Shown here: positions 22,627 to 32,780 of the stretch, piece after piece | Layout: every line of letters begins with the position of its first letter | Position numbering within the stretch: position 1 is the stretch's first letter | Origin: an uncultured Verrucomicrobiae bacterium | Lineage (GTDB): Bacteria; Verrucomicrobiota; Verrucomicrobiia; Chthoniobacterales; JAFAMB01 | Assembly: GCA_963813025.1 (NCBI GenBank) | Contig: CAWEXO010000011.1 | Coordinates: 192,001 to 256,000 of the forward strand | DNA length: 64,000 nt | Direction of reading: 5' to 3' | The notes under the pieces: generated by a model | What the model was told of the DNA's origin: nothing | The model's database searches: none | The model's input: the letters and a program-made list of their open reading frames with translations, nothing else | Translations under genes and position numbers: made by a program

Positions 22627-24126
22627 TTAACCGCCGCCCACCGCGCCGAGACAGTAGCGAGTGATCTCTTCCCTTGTTGTCTGGCGCGGATCCAACTCGG
22701 CAACTACCCGATACTTCGACATCACCAGAATGCGGTTAGCAATGTCGAGAACTTCGGGAATATCGCTGGAGATGAAAATCACCGCGGCGCCCGGTCTTTC
22801 TTTAAATTGACGGATCATAGCGTAAATCTCGCTGCGTGCGCCGATATCAATTCCGATTGTCGGCTCATCGAGAATAAGAACGCGACACCGAGCAGTCAGC
22901 CATTTGCCGAGTACTACCTTTTGTTTGTTACCGCCGCTCAGGTATTTGGCCGGCTGCGCCGCGCCGCCAGTCTGAATACGCATGGATTTGATCGTGTCGC
23001 GCACCAGCCTTCTTTCCGATCTCGTCGAGAAGACAAGCCCTCGTCCCTGGGCGAGGCGCGCCAGCGTGATATTTTCCGCGACACCCAGATTGAGACACAA
23101 GCCTTTGGCATCCCGATCTTCCGGCACATAACCGATACCGAGGCGAACGGCATCACGAGGACTCGCCAGTCTGGCGGGTCTTCCCTGAAAAGAAATCGTG
23201 CCGCGATCGATCCTGTCTGCTCCAAAAATTGCGCGAGCAAGCTCCGTTTTCCCGGAGCCGGTCAGCCCGGTTACTCCGAGAATTTCATTTTCATGGAGAA
23301 CCAGATTCAAAGGAGTGGAAAACTTCCGGTTCTGAATCCGATCGAGCACGATCACTGATTGGTTCTGAGAAGGCTTGCTTCCAGCTGAATGGCTGATCAA
23401 CGCTTTGCCAATCATCAGCCGGATGATTTCGTCCATCGCCGTGTCTTTGAATGTCCGCGTCGCGATTACTTTCCCGTCTCGCAGAATCGTAACGCGATCC
23501 GCTATCTGCCTGATTTCCTCCAATTTATGGGAGACATAGATGATGCCGATATCCCTGGATTTCAGCTGCCCGATGATCTCAAAAAGGATATCCGTTTCGC
23601 GCTTCGTCAGCGCTGCCGTCGGTTCATCCATGATGAGCACACTGGCATTCTTGGAAAGCGCACTCGCGATTTCCACCATCTGCTTTTTTGCCACGCTCAA
23701 ATCTTTGACCCTGGCTTCGGGTTCGATGTCGAACCCGAGGCGCGCCAGGATCTCCTTGGCCCGTCGATTAATGGCTCGCCAATTGACTAACCCGGAACGC
23801 TGCACGGTAAACTGCCGAAGAGCCAGGTTCTCAGCAACGCTGAGATGAGGAACGAGGTGGAAACTCTGGTAAATGGTAATGATTCCCAGATCTTCGGCGA
23901 TCTTCGGACCATAATGAGCTGGGATTTCTCTCCCATTGATCTCGATCGTTCCGGAGTCGCACCGGTAAGCCCCCGAAAGCAATTTTATCAACGTTGATTT
24001 GCCGGCGCCATTTTCCCCAAGCAAAGCGTGGACCTCTCCGCGCCCAAGCTCAAAGCTGACATCTTTTAAGACCTTCACGCCGTAGAAAGACTTGTTCACG
24101 GCGCGCGCGCTGACGAGTGATCGCAC
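22627..24126 (-). CDS. Sugar ABC transporter ATP-binding protein (RbsA-like, two NBDs)
   Basis: GENGAGKS, MDEPT, PEDR, LSGGNKQKV, LDEPT.GIDIG. Confidence 0.95.
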   Translation of the reverse strand: MRSLVSARAVNKSFYGVKVLKDVSFELGRGEVHALLGENGAGKSTLIKLLSGAYRCDSGTIEINGREIPAHYGPKIAEDLGIITIYQSFHLVPHLSVAENLALRQFTVQRSGLVNWRAINRRAKEILARLGFDIEPEARVKDLSVAKKQMVEIASALSKNASVLIMDEPTAALTKRETDILFEIIGQLKSRDIGIIYVSHKLEEIRQIADRVTILRDGKVIATRTFKDTAMDEIIRLMIGKALISHSAGSKPSQNQSVIVLDRIQNRKFSTPLNLVLHENEILGVTGLTGSGKTELARAIFGADRIDRGTISFQGRPARLASPRDAVRLGIGYVPEDRDAKGLCLNLGVAENITLARLAQGRGLVFSTRSERRLVRDTIKSMRIQTGGAAQPAKYLSGGNKQKVVLGKWLTARCRVLILDEPTIGIDIGARSEIYAMIRQFKERPGAAVIFISSDIPEVLDIANRILVMSKYRVVAELDPRQTTREEITRYCLGAVGGG

Positions 24127-24207
24127 TAGAGTCCTTTTCGATGTAGATGAATCAAGTTTTTTTATGCGGTTTTTTCCACTGATTCCATTCTTCGCCTTTC
24201 AAGAACT

Positions 24208-25308
24208 CTACGGCTGTCCAAGAAAGATCCCGAGGCGCCGCAACTGCTGAATTCTGTCGCAGAAGATTTTGAACGTCGCCAGGATGGGTACTGCGAGCAA
24301 CGTACCCGGCAGGCCCCAGAGATAGGCCCAGAAAAGAAAGCTGAGGACGATGGCGATCGGATTCAGCGTCATCCAACGCCCCAGGATAAGAGGAGTTGCC
24401 AGGTTCCCTTCGATCATTGCGCAGAAGAGATAGGCGAGCGGCGGAAGTAAAGCGTACCAGACCGAATCGAAATGGATGAGAGAAACGATCGCCATCGCGA
24501 TTATGCCCCCAGTGGCTCCGACAAAGGGAATGTAATGGAGCAAAAACGCCGCGAAACCCCAGAGCAAAGGATGCGGCAAGCCAAGCAAGCCCACGCTTAT
24601 CCAGACGCTCGCCCCGACTGCGGCATTAATCAGCGTAACCGACGTGAAATAGCGCGCTGCGATCTGCTCGATCTCGGCCGCGAGTTCTATCACGTTCTGC
24701 TTCTCCGGACCGCCTGGGATCATGTCGACCAGCTTCTTCAAAAAACGGGCACCGTAGAGCAGTAGAAAGAAAGCCAGGACATGCACGATGATCAGCATCG
24801 CCAGGATGTTTGGCGCTTGCTTCAGGGCAATCTCGACAAAGCTTGGTCCGCTGATGGTTACCTGGGGATTATGACTCGGGTTGAGCCAGCCGCCGACCCG
24901 ATCGATAGCCGGAGTGCTCCTTTGCAGCCCCTGTAGAAAGGGCGCCAACCGTTCGTGAAGGTGATCCAGGTAGTCGGGCAGTTCGGGCTCAAACCTCGCC
25001 AGGGAGGCGCATAAGGCACTGAAAAGGCAGATCAGAATCGTCAGAAATCCGAGTGTCCCAACCAGCGGCGCCATAAACGTCGACAAACCTCGTTTTTTCA
25101 GCCAGCGGGTGACCGGCGTCAGCAGAAACCCGAGAAAACCGGCGAGGACGATCGGCAAAAAGAGATTAACGGCGAGCTTGAGCGTGTAGAAACAAGCGAG
25201 AACAAACAGGCCGATGACCGAAACGATGAACCAAAGCCGAACAGCGCCGCCCAGTCTCTGGATGCGTGTTTCATGCGGTTCGACACTGGGGGGAAAAGGA
25301 TCTTCCAT
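24208..25308 (-). CDS. AI-2E family transporter (second paralog)
   Basis: LHYIPFVG, EGNLATPLILG, WAYLWGLPGTLLAVP; clearly paralogous to 16442-17620. Confidence 0.92.
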   Translation of the reverse strand: MEDPFPPSVEPHETRIQRLGGAVRLWFIVSVIGLFVLACFYTLKLAVNLFLPIVLAGFLGFLLTPVTRWLKKRGLSTFMAPLVGTLGFLTILICLFSALCASLARFEPELPDYLDHLHERLAPFLQGLQRSTPAIDRVGGWLNPSHNPQVTISGPSFVEIALKQAPNILAMLIIVHVLAFFLLLYGARFLKKLVDMIPGGPEKQNVIELAAEIEQIAARYFTSVTLINAAVGASVWISVGLLGLPHPLLWGFAAFLLHYIPFVGATGGIIAMAIVSLIHFDSVWYALLPPLAYLFCAMIEGNLATPLILGRWMTLNPIAIVLSFLFWAYLWGLPGTLLAVPILATFKIFCDRIQQLRRLGIFLGQP

Positions 25309-25485
25309 GGCTTTTACGGAACGTCACTTGGTACGCTCGAAAAGAAATAATTCAAAGCGCTCGGCTACATGAGATCCTAAAGAACGCTGGGAGCATATTG
25401 AAAGAGGAATCGGCCGGGCGGCGCTACGCGAGTGCGCTCGCTTGGACCGTTTTGACCGGTGCGGCAGCCGGTTCTACGCTTTTGC

Positions 25486-26526
25486 GTGAAAGCATCTGTT
25501 TATTACGGCAAAGGAGACATTCGTGTCGAAAGTGTTCCCGATCCTGAAATCAAGGACCCGACTGACGCGCTCGTACGAATTACGCACGCCTGCATCTGCG
25601 GTTCCGATTTGTGGTTTTATCGCGGTTACGAGCCGGACTGGAAACCTGGTTTTCGAACTGGCCATGAGTGGATGGGCATCGTTGAAGAGGTTGGGAAAGA
25701 GGTCAAAACTGTCAAGAAGGGAGATTGGGTCTTGGCACCTTTCGCATTCAGCGACGGCAAGTGCGAATTCTGTGAAAAAGGCCTTTTCACAAGCTGTGTG
25801 CACCGCGGATTCTGGGGAGGAGAAAATCCGGGAGGACAAGCCGAAGCCATCCGAGCGCCCTTTGCCGATGGAACCTTAGTCAAGATTCCGGAAAACGCCG
25901 CCGGCGACGACGCCATCCTCACTCGCCTTTTGCCGCTCACCGACGTGATGGGCACCGGCTACCACTCCATCGTCTCGGCGCATTTGCAACCCGGCAAAAC
26001 AGCTATCGTCATCGGAGATGGTGCGGTAGGACTATGCGCGGTCATCTCGGCGACGATTCTCGGCGCGGGACGCATCATTCTTATCGGGCATAATGCCGGC
26101 CGGCTGAAGCTTGGACAGAGGTTTGGGGCCACCGACATCATCAGTAGCCGCGACGATAAACATGTTGTCGCCGAAGCCGTACAGATGACTGAAGGCGGTG
26201 CCGAGTCGGTAGCGGAATGCGTCGGCTTAAAATCCTCCTTTGATCTTGCTATCGCGGTTGCCCGACCGGGCGGTGTCGTTGGGTTCGTCGGGGTTCCTCA
26301 TGTCACCGAACCGATCGACCTTGATCGAATGTTCAGTCACAACATTTCCTTGCGCGGTGGGGTTGCACCGGTACGGGCCTACATTCCTGATTTAATGGAC
26401 CAGGTACTGGCCGAAAAAATTGACCCATCGCCGGTTCTGGAAATGAGCGTCGATCTTGAGGGTGTTCCGGAAGGTTATGCCGCGATGGACTCACGCAAGA
26501 AGATCAAGGTCATGGTCAAGCCATAA
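25486..26526 (+). CDS. Zinc-dependent alcohol dehydrogenase (MDR family)
   Basis: CICGSDL, GHEWMG, Zn lobe D.KCEFC...C, GDGAVG. Confidence 0.93.
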   Translation: MKASVYYGKGDIRVESVPDPEIKDPTDALVRITHACICGSDLWFYRGYEPDWKPGFRTGHEWMGIVEEVGKEVKTVKKGDWVLAPFAFSDGKCEFCEKGLFTSCVHRGFWGGENPGGQAEAIRAPFADGTLVKIPENAAGDDAILTRLLPLTDVMGTGYHSIVSAHLQPGKTAIVIGDGAVGLCAVISATILGAGRIILIGHNAGRLKLGQRFGATDIISSRDDKHVVAEAVQMTEGGAESVAECVGLKSSFDLAIAVARPGGVVGFVGVPHVTEPIDLDRMFSHNISLRGGVAPVRAYIPDLMDQVLAEKIDPSPVLEMSVDLEGVPEGYAAMDSRKKIKVMVKP

Positions 26527-26675
26527 TTGATTTGAAAGGCTTGCGTCGTCATCGCCGAACCTTTGACTAACTCCGCCGACTGCCCGGCAGTCAGGGGAAT
26601 CCCCGAGGGCAGAGGGGGCGTAGTATGCTTCGACGACAAACTTTCCGTGTCGCAGAGGTTCGTGAAAGTTGCTCA

Positions 26676-27490
26676 ATGAGCAGACGTTGGCCCAAGCTTT
26701 TGTTGGCAGTAGCTGTCGGTTTTGTCCTGGTGGAGTGCAAGCAGGCAGCACCATTGCGGCCGCAGTTCGCCTACGTAGCAAACTCTTACAGCGGCCTCGT
26801 GTCGGCCTACAGCATCGGTACCAACGGCGCCATGACGCCTGTACCGGGTTCGGCGTTCGGAGATGCCGGAGCGGTCGGGCAAATTTCAGTGGCGGTCGAC
26901 TCCACGTCCAAGTTCGCCTATGTGGCAAACTCTGCCAGCAAGAACATCTCGGGTTTCAGCATCGAATCCAATGGCGTCCTTACGCCGGTCCCGGGGTTCC
27001 CCTTCGTAGCCGGATACGATCCTAATTCAGTGGCGGTGGACCCCACGTCCAGGTTCGTCTACGTGGCGAACAGAGCTAGCAGCAACGTCTCGGCTTTCAG
27101 CATCGGTTCCGACGGGGCTCTGACCCCCATTCCAGGATCGCCCTTCGCGGAGGATACGATCCCTACTCAGTGACAGTGGACCCCACGGCGAGGTTCGTCT
27201 ACATAGCAATCTTTGATAATAACAACATCTCGCTCTTCGGCATCGGTTCCGACGGGGCCCTGACCCCTGTCTCTGGTTCGCCCTTCGCAACGGGAGCCGG
27301 GCCGGTTTCGGTGGCAGTGGATCCCATGGCTGAATTCGCCTATGTCGCAAACATTGACAGCAATGACATCTCCGCCTACCGCATCGGCTCCAGTGGGACG
27401 CTGACAACCGTCCAAGGCTCGCCCTTCCCAGCGCGGGAAAAGCTCCCTTCATTGGCCATCACGCGACTGCTGCCTTCGCCTCGCGACTGA
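26676..27490 (+). CDS. Exported lactonase-like beta-propeller repeat protein (frameshift at ~27165)
   Basis: Signal peptide, then repeated VAVDP..KFAYVAN...ISAFSI.S.G.LT.VPGSPF units on both sides of the shift. Confidence 0.8.
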
Positions 27491-27494
27491 AAAT

Positions 27495-27567
27495 GCGAAT
27501 CGATAAAAGCGCCGATTTCACGAAGCTCGTCCCGAGCCGGTTCAGTTAGGATTACTTCGTAATCCAC
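27495..27567 (-). pseudogene. N-terminal remnant of a RelE/ParE-type toxin
   Basis: VDYEVILTEPARDELREIGAFI resembles ParE N-termini; it then runs into the antisense strand of the propeller gene. Confidence 0.45.
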
Positions 27568-27638
27568 GACTGCACTCCAAGACGCACGGCCTCCTGGAAT
27601 TTTCAGACGGAGTTCTACTGCCAAAGGCTCGGGTTGGG

Positions 27639-28217
27639 TTAGCCTTCCACAATCTTCTTCAGCAGATTAAAAGCTTGGATCTGTTTCCCTTGTTCCAATA
27701 TCTCCATGGCTTCGCGAACTCGCTTTTTCAGGTCGTCGAGCGACTGGGACGCAGCCGACCGTTCGCTCGGGGAAGAAGCGGGGAGCTGCACCAGTTTATC
27801 AGCCACTAGCTTTTCCGTTTGCTTCTCGGGAGACTTTCGATCGTCCACTACTGGCTCGTTTCTGACGGACGCTGTTTCCGGCTTGGTCTTCGCTTCAGGC
27901 TTGGGGGTGGAAGTTGATGTAAGCGTAGAATCAATCAGCTCAAATTTTACGCCAACTACCCGCTCGTCCGCAAAACGCTGCAGTGACTTCGGGAAAATAA
28001 GATACTGACGCGATCTGCCCGGTTCGAAACCGACAGTCCCATAGTCGGTCTTCGCCCCGGATGCTTCCTGGTGGATGGTCATAACTCGATGCTGTCGTAT
28101 AGCGGTCTGCAACGCTTTGTCTCTGGCCGGGTCACTCAAGACCAGATAGATCTCCGGTTTGCCGCATTCGTCGACGATTTTTGCAAATCGCACTGTTTTC
28201 ATGTGCGGGTATTCCAA
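27639..28217 (-). CDS. Hypothetical protein (globular N-domain, low-complexity linker, helical C-end)
   Basis: 192-aa ORF with gene-like composition. Confidence 0.7.
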   Translation of the reverse strand: MEYPHMKTVRFAKIVDECGKPEIYLVLSDPARDKALQTAIRQHRVMTIHQEASGAKTDYGTVGFEPGRSRQYLIFPKSLQRFADERVVGVKFELIDSTLTSTSTPKPEAKTKPETASVRNEPVVDDRKSPEKQTEKLVADKLVQLPASSPSERSAASQSLDDLKKRVREAMEILEQGKQIQAFNLLKKIVEG

Positions 28218-28325
28218 TCGGGATCGGGGTGACTTGACTCGATCATTTCAAGTGTCCCCTTAGGCGAAAACCACATGCATTCAAGGCTGGCCGCGGTGCG
28301 ATACAGTCGCAAAGACAAAGAATAG

Positions 28326-28994
28326 TCACCTCTGGGGAGGCAAACCCTGCACCCTTTGCTTTCTCGCCAGGATATAACCTCGGCGAGTCTGAGCTTCGAC
28401 GTCAGGATAGGGATCTCGCTCGACGATTTCTTCTACTTCAAATCCCGCGGACCGAAGCGAGTCAGCCACCTCCTCCGTACGAAAAAGATGAAAATCGATT
28501 GATACGGCTTGTCCCCACAGCTCCTCAAAATGAAGAATTTCATCTCCGATATGGAATGCCAGCAGCAGAAGACCACCCGGTCGAAGCACCCGTCCGATTT
28601 CGGACAAGACAAGGAGATGCTCGCTGGGGGGAATATGAATGATCGAATAGAAGGCAATTATGGCGGCCCATGTCGCATCGGCGGAATCCAGGGCATACAT
28701 GTCGCCTTGCCTGAACTCTATACCTGGATTCAGCTGTACCGCTCGTTCGACCAGCTCAGGCGATAGATCAATACCGCAAATCTCTACCCCGTGCTCGTGG
28801 AGGTAACGGGCTACGTGTCCGGGACAACAACCGAGATCGCAGACCGATCCGGTACCTCTGACTCGGACTGCGAATTGGTCCAGCAATCGCCGGTCCAACG
28901 GTTTGTGCTGCAACTCATTATAGATCCGGCTGACATACTCGTCAGCTAGACGATTGTAGCTACGCCGGATCTTTTTCTTTGTTTCGTTGTCCAT
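28326..28994 (-). CDS. Class I SAM-dependent methyltransferase
   Basis: VCDLGCCPG (motif I variant), GIDLS, AFYSIIH, RVLRPGG. Confidence 0.9.
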   Translation of the reverse strand: MDNETKKKIRRSYNRLADEYVSRIYNELQHKPLDRRLLDQFAVRVRGTGSVCDLGCCPGHVARYLHEHGVEICGIDLSPELVERAVQLNPGIEFRQGDMYALDSADATWAAIIAFYSIIHIPPSEHLLVLSEIGRVLRPGGLLLLAFHIGDEILHFEELWGQAVSIDFHLFRTEEVADSLRSAGFEVEEIVERDPYPDVEAQTRRGYILARKQRVQGLPPQR

Positions 28995-29110
28995 CAGGTG
29001 TGCATCCTTTGCGGGCCGCGGAGCTTATCGCTTTCTGGCGTCAGAAACCGCAACTATTTGTAGGATTATGATGAAGCCTTTGGTCGTTGCTCTCTGTGTT
29101 ATGTTTGGTT

Positions 29111-29383
29111 CTAGACATGGCGGCGCGTTCGTACAGGTTGGGAGCGGCCATGAGCACTAAGCCTCGAAGCGCCAGGATCCAGCCGAACAGCGAGATCATT
29201 ATCGCCGCCACGCTCGACCAGTACTGGTGAAAAGCGATGATCAGCAGTCCGTCGAACAGCAGCAGCGCGCCCGCGAAACCACACGAATACGCCGTTTTTG
29301 AAGAATTCGGATGCGAACGCGCCCATCCCGGACGCGCGCAGCGCGGAAACTCCATTTGTTCGAGCAAACGAGTTGGATACCAT
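29111..29383 (-). pseudogene. Fragmented small membrane protein
   Basis: Hydrophobic text SEFFKNGVFVW|FAGALLL...IAFHQYWSS.AAI.ISLFGW is split over two frames and lacks an intact N-terminus. Confidence 0.5.
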
Positions 29384-29486
29384 TTTCGGATCTAAAGCTG
29401 CTGTTGAGGCGTGGCTTGCGGCAGTGACTAGCTATGTATAAAGCTGTGGGGCGTATGATGATGTCGTTCGAGCGGAGTTCGTTCCA

Positions 29487-30128
29487 ATGCTCTTCAAGTT
29501 GATTACTGCGACCGTTCCAAATGACCGCCGCGCCAAATTCAGCGAAAGTCAGGCATCAGGATGGAGCGGATTGGAATCAGTGCCCGGCTTTGTCGCACAG
29601 ATAGGAGGCTGGGTTAATGATCGCCCCGACTGTGCCGTTATCGTAGCCTACTGGAAAAACGAACAGTCCTATGCCGATTTCATGCGGGAACAATATGATT
29701 CGTTTGCCGATCGCCAGCGTGATACCTATTCCGCGCTGCGGGTCAACACCGGTCATGTCATTTTGACGATCAAAGAAGCAGATCCGCGAGTCGCGATTGC
29801 GGAGACCGGGGTCATGCGGGTCTCGGATATCACTTTGCGGCAAGATTCTTCGCCGCTGTTTCTAGCCATGCAATTTGATATTTGGCGGCCTGGATTGATC
29901 TCCAATGGCGAGATGCTCGGTAACACGCTCTCCCGTTTGGGACGACTGCCGGATCGCTTCGCTAGTACGACCTTTTGGAGTAGCAGTGACGCTCTTCGCA
30001 ACTTTCTAGAGACTGTCTATCCCGTGCTCAGCGTTCAGGCAAAATTGAAGGATCATGTCGGGGAAATGGTGAGCTACCACATCCCTCTGGAACCTTCGTG
30101 GAGCATGGTAGCACCGCAATCTCGCTAA
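29487..30128 (+). CDS. YdbC/DUF4937 family protein (two ABM-like halves)
   Basis: F.ESQ..W..L..VPGF.AQIGGW ... W...SY..FM...D...Q.DTY; GGAG SD. Confidence 0.75.
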   Translation: MLFKLITATVPNDRRAKFSESQASGWSGLESVPGFVAQIGGWVNDRPDCAVIVAYWKNEQSYADFMREQYDSFADRQRDTYSALRVNTGHVILTIKEADPRVAIAETGVMRVSDITLRQDSSPLFLAMQFDIWRPGLISNGEMLGNTLSRLGRLPDRFASTTFWSSSDALRNFLETVYPVLSVQAKLKDHVGEMVSYHIPLEPSWSMVAPQSR

Positions 30129-30174
30129 GTGTCGATTGCAGTTAAATCGTAGACTGGATCACTTCCGGGCCGGA

Positions 30175-30506
30175 TTATTGTTCGCCAGGGTGGTGCCGCA
30201 TGAGCGTTGCTGAGGCCGTAAGATTCCCGGAAGGTTCCGCCCGGTCTTTCGACGTGATCTTCTCCGCAGTCCAGGAACGACTGAGCGCTTACCTGAAGCA
30301 GACGTTTGGGCTATCGGCGAAAGCAAGTTCGCAAACGGCGCAGGAACTCCTCGGTCGGATCATTTACCCGCGCTTCCCGCGCGCTTTGTTTTGGCCTCGA
30401 TGCGCTTTCTGATCAGTTGGACAAGGAGGCCATCAGAGCGAACTTCGATCTCAAGCCTGTTCGCAAAGCCGTCGCAGAATCAATCGACTCGCAAGGGCGC
30501 GCGTGA
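30175..30506 (+). pseudogene. C-terminal remnant of a TetR-family regulator (frameshifted)
   Basis: RMSVAEA.RFPE...LLGRIIYPRFPRALF|GLD resembles TetR C-terminal domains; no HTH found upstream. Confidence 0.45.
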
Positions 30507-30622
30507 GCTGGGTTTCATCCCTGGGATGCGGTAGCCCACGACATTTCTGATCGGATCCGATGTTTATCTTGTTTGATTGCTTTGAATTCGCAGGGTGGAT
30601 GTTGATCGTTGCGCTCCAGGAG

Positions 30623-31315
30623 CTAAATCAGCTTGGTCCGGAAAAGTGTTGATCGGGGGATCTCGGAGCCGCTGCCAGCCGCCGAGCCTCGCCTGGGTCG
30701 GCGAACGATTCTCACCTTCCCGCTGCTTCCGCCTCCGCAGAAGAACTGATCGCGGCCATCGGACTCGAGCCCCGACACACCTACTCCAGGCGACATCTCG
30801 AGGCTCTCCAGGACCTCTCCCGTTCGAGGATCGACTCGCCGCAAATCGCTCTCGTCACCTTCCCAGGTGCCGTGCCAAAGCTCGCCGTCGATCCAGCTGA
30901 CCCCGGTGACGAAGCGGTTGGACTCGATGGTGCGAAGAATCGCCCCTGTCTGGGGATCGACTTGATGGATCTTCCGATCCTGCCCCACCCAGAGTGTCCC
31001 TTCGGCCCACGCGAGCCCCGAGTGACCGCCGCCGAGGGGCGCCGGAATCGTGGCGAGCACACGGCCCGTCTTCGAATCGATCTTCTGGATGCGATCCTCG
31101 GCGATTTGAAACAGGTGCTGGCCGTCGAAAGCCGTTCCTGCGTGCGCGCCGACATCGATCGAGCGCAAGATCTTCCCGCTCGCAGGATCGAAGGCATTCA
31201 GCTTGTCTCCGGACGCAAACCAGACGTGCTGACCGTCAAATGTGACCCCATGCACACTGTCGACACCCGGAAAGGGTCCGTACTCCCGGACGATTTCGGC
31301 CGCTGATCGGTTCAT
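30623..31315 (-). CDS. Glutamine cyclotransferase-like / PQQ-type beta-propeller protein
   Basis: VHGVTFDG, AHAGTAFDG, SGLAWAEG.LWVG, FVTGV.W.DGELWHGTWEG, GVSGLESDG. Confidence 0.85.
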   Translation of the reverse strand: MNRSAAEIVREYGPFPGVDSVHGVTFDGQHVWFASGDKLNAFDPASGKILRSIDVGAHAGTAFDGQHLFQIAEDRIQKIDSKTGRVLATIPAPLGGGHSGLAWAEGTLWVGQDRKIHQVDPQTGAILRTIESNRFVTGVSWIDGELWHGTWEGDESDLRRVDPRTGEVLESLEMSPGVGVSGLESDGRDQFFCGGGSSGKVRIVRRPRRGSAAGSGSEIPRSTLFRTKLI

Positions 31316-31324
31316 GTTTCCATC

Positions 31325-32545
31325 CTAGTCACTGGGCAGTGGAGCGGGGAGTAACAAGGTCGTCGTGAATCCCGGCACGGGCGGGGTCATCCAACGACGC
31401 GCTCGCCCGCGACCAAACGACTGCACCTTGCCTGCTGCCGCAAGCGAATCGAGTGCCCGCTGTACCGTGCGCTGGCTGGCTCCAAGCGCAAGCGCCAGGG
31501 CCGAGCTTGACCACGACTCACCGTCAGCAAGGAAAGCGAGCACCGCCGCATGCTCCTCTTCAACGGGCTGTGCCAGCACGACGACCTTGCATGCGCGGCG
31601 CGGCACCAGCGCAAATCCTCGCTTCGTCGCGCTCACGCCGGCCAGCGTCCGGAGCGTCGTGCGTAGCCGCCCGATTTCGACTCGCAACCGCGCGCGATGC
31701 GATTCATCGGCGAGCTTCGCTCGGAATGCCCGCGCGAGCAGCGTGCCCCTCGGCACGTCTCCGGGCCACGCCTCGCCGAGCGCGCGTGCCAGCGCGAACA
31801 ACACCGGACGCCTTGCGAGCGAGACCACCGTGCGTTCGTTACACACGACATGACGGCACGCATCCACGACGAGCGCCCTCGATGCCAGTAACGCTTCAAC
31901 CTCCTCAAGCAGGAGGAGTCGCTCCTCCCCACGGGCGATCAGGCGCGCCGCGGGCGTGTCCAGAACGAGGGATGCGCTTTCGACCTCCGCCGTCAGCGCA
32001 TGGATACCTGCCTGGCGCGCGGCGCGCTCGGCCCGAGCGAGCGCAGCGCGGGCCGTCTTCGCCCGGAGGCGCCGCATCGCGATCCCCGCAACGACCAACT
32101 CGTGGGCGGCCCTCGACGCGGGCGGGAAGGTCGCGGGGTCGAGCTCGGCGAGCCTACGCTCGGCCTCGTCGAGGCGCCCGATCAGGAGAAAACGACGGAC
32201 CTCGAGGTACCGCGCATGCGCGGCGTTCACTCGGTCGCCGTGCTCTTCGAGCGTCGCCCGCGCTGCGTCGAGCGCTTTCGCAGGCCAGCCCAGGTCGCGC
32301 GAGACGAGCGCGATCTCGGCCTCGGCGACCACACACCTCGCGTGGGCCACGGCCTCTTTCGGACCGAAGGCGCGCGCCGCACTTCGCACGAGAGCCTTCG
32401 CTCGAACGAAATCGCCGAGCTGCGCCATCGCGATGCCGCGAAGCGCGAGCGCAGGCGCGTCGTCGCGCAAGGCGACCCGGTTCAGTGCGCCAAGGGGATC
32501 ACCGGCCGCGAGCGCACGCGCCGCGGCCGTGATTAGCGCGTCCAT
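31325..32545 (-). CDS. TPR-like helical protein with C-terminal HTH (putative regulator)
   Basis: MDALITAAARALAAGDPLGAL...; C-terminal SWSSSALALALGASQRTVQRAL helix-turn-helix. Confidence 0.85.
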   Translation of the reverse strand: MDALITAAARALAAGDPLGALNRVALRDDAPALALRGIAMAQLGDFVRAKALVRSAARAFGPKEAVAHARCVVAEAEIALVSRDLGWPAKALDAARATLEEHGDRVNAAHARYLEVRRFLLIGRLDEAERRLAELDPATFPPASRAAHELVVAGIAMRRLRAKTARAALARAERAARQAGIHALTAEVESASLVLDTPAARLIARGEERLLLLEEVEALLASRALVVDACRHVVCNERTVVSLARRPVLFALARALGEAWPGDVPRGTLLARAFRAKLADESHRARLRVEIGRLRTTLRTLAGVSATKRGFALVPRRACKVVVLAQPVEEEHAAVLAFLADGESWSSSALALALGASQRTVQRALDSLAAAGKVQSFGRGRARRWMTPPVPGFTTTLLLPAPLPSD

Positions 32546-32780
32546 CTGAAATCCCGCCACACTTGTCACTCCCACCGTTCAATGCCCAGCGCTAATCTAT
32601 CTCATGGCCAAAAACCAGCACATCGTATCGAGTACTCACCGAACGACGAAGGACACCCAAAATACTGGACTTTCTCTTCATTGATCAGCCCGCTGTTGCC
32701 GCTGCCCTTCGGGCCGACGGGCGCGACGCCGACAAAAGTTGTGCGTTAACCAAAAAATCCTGAACAACAGAAATCACAAT

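Noticed and set aside
26676..27490. DNA repeat array in the propeller gene
   Set aside because: The repeats are explained by coding beta-propeller blades.
27639..28217. Possible Ku partner for LigD
   Set aside because: No Ku signature (W.G.I.FGLV.IPV) is present.
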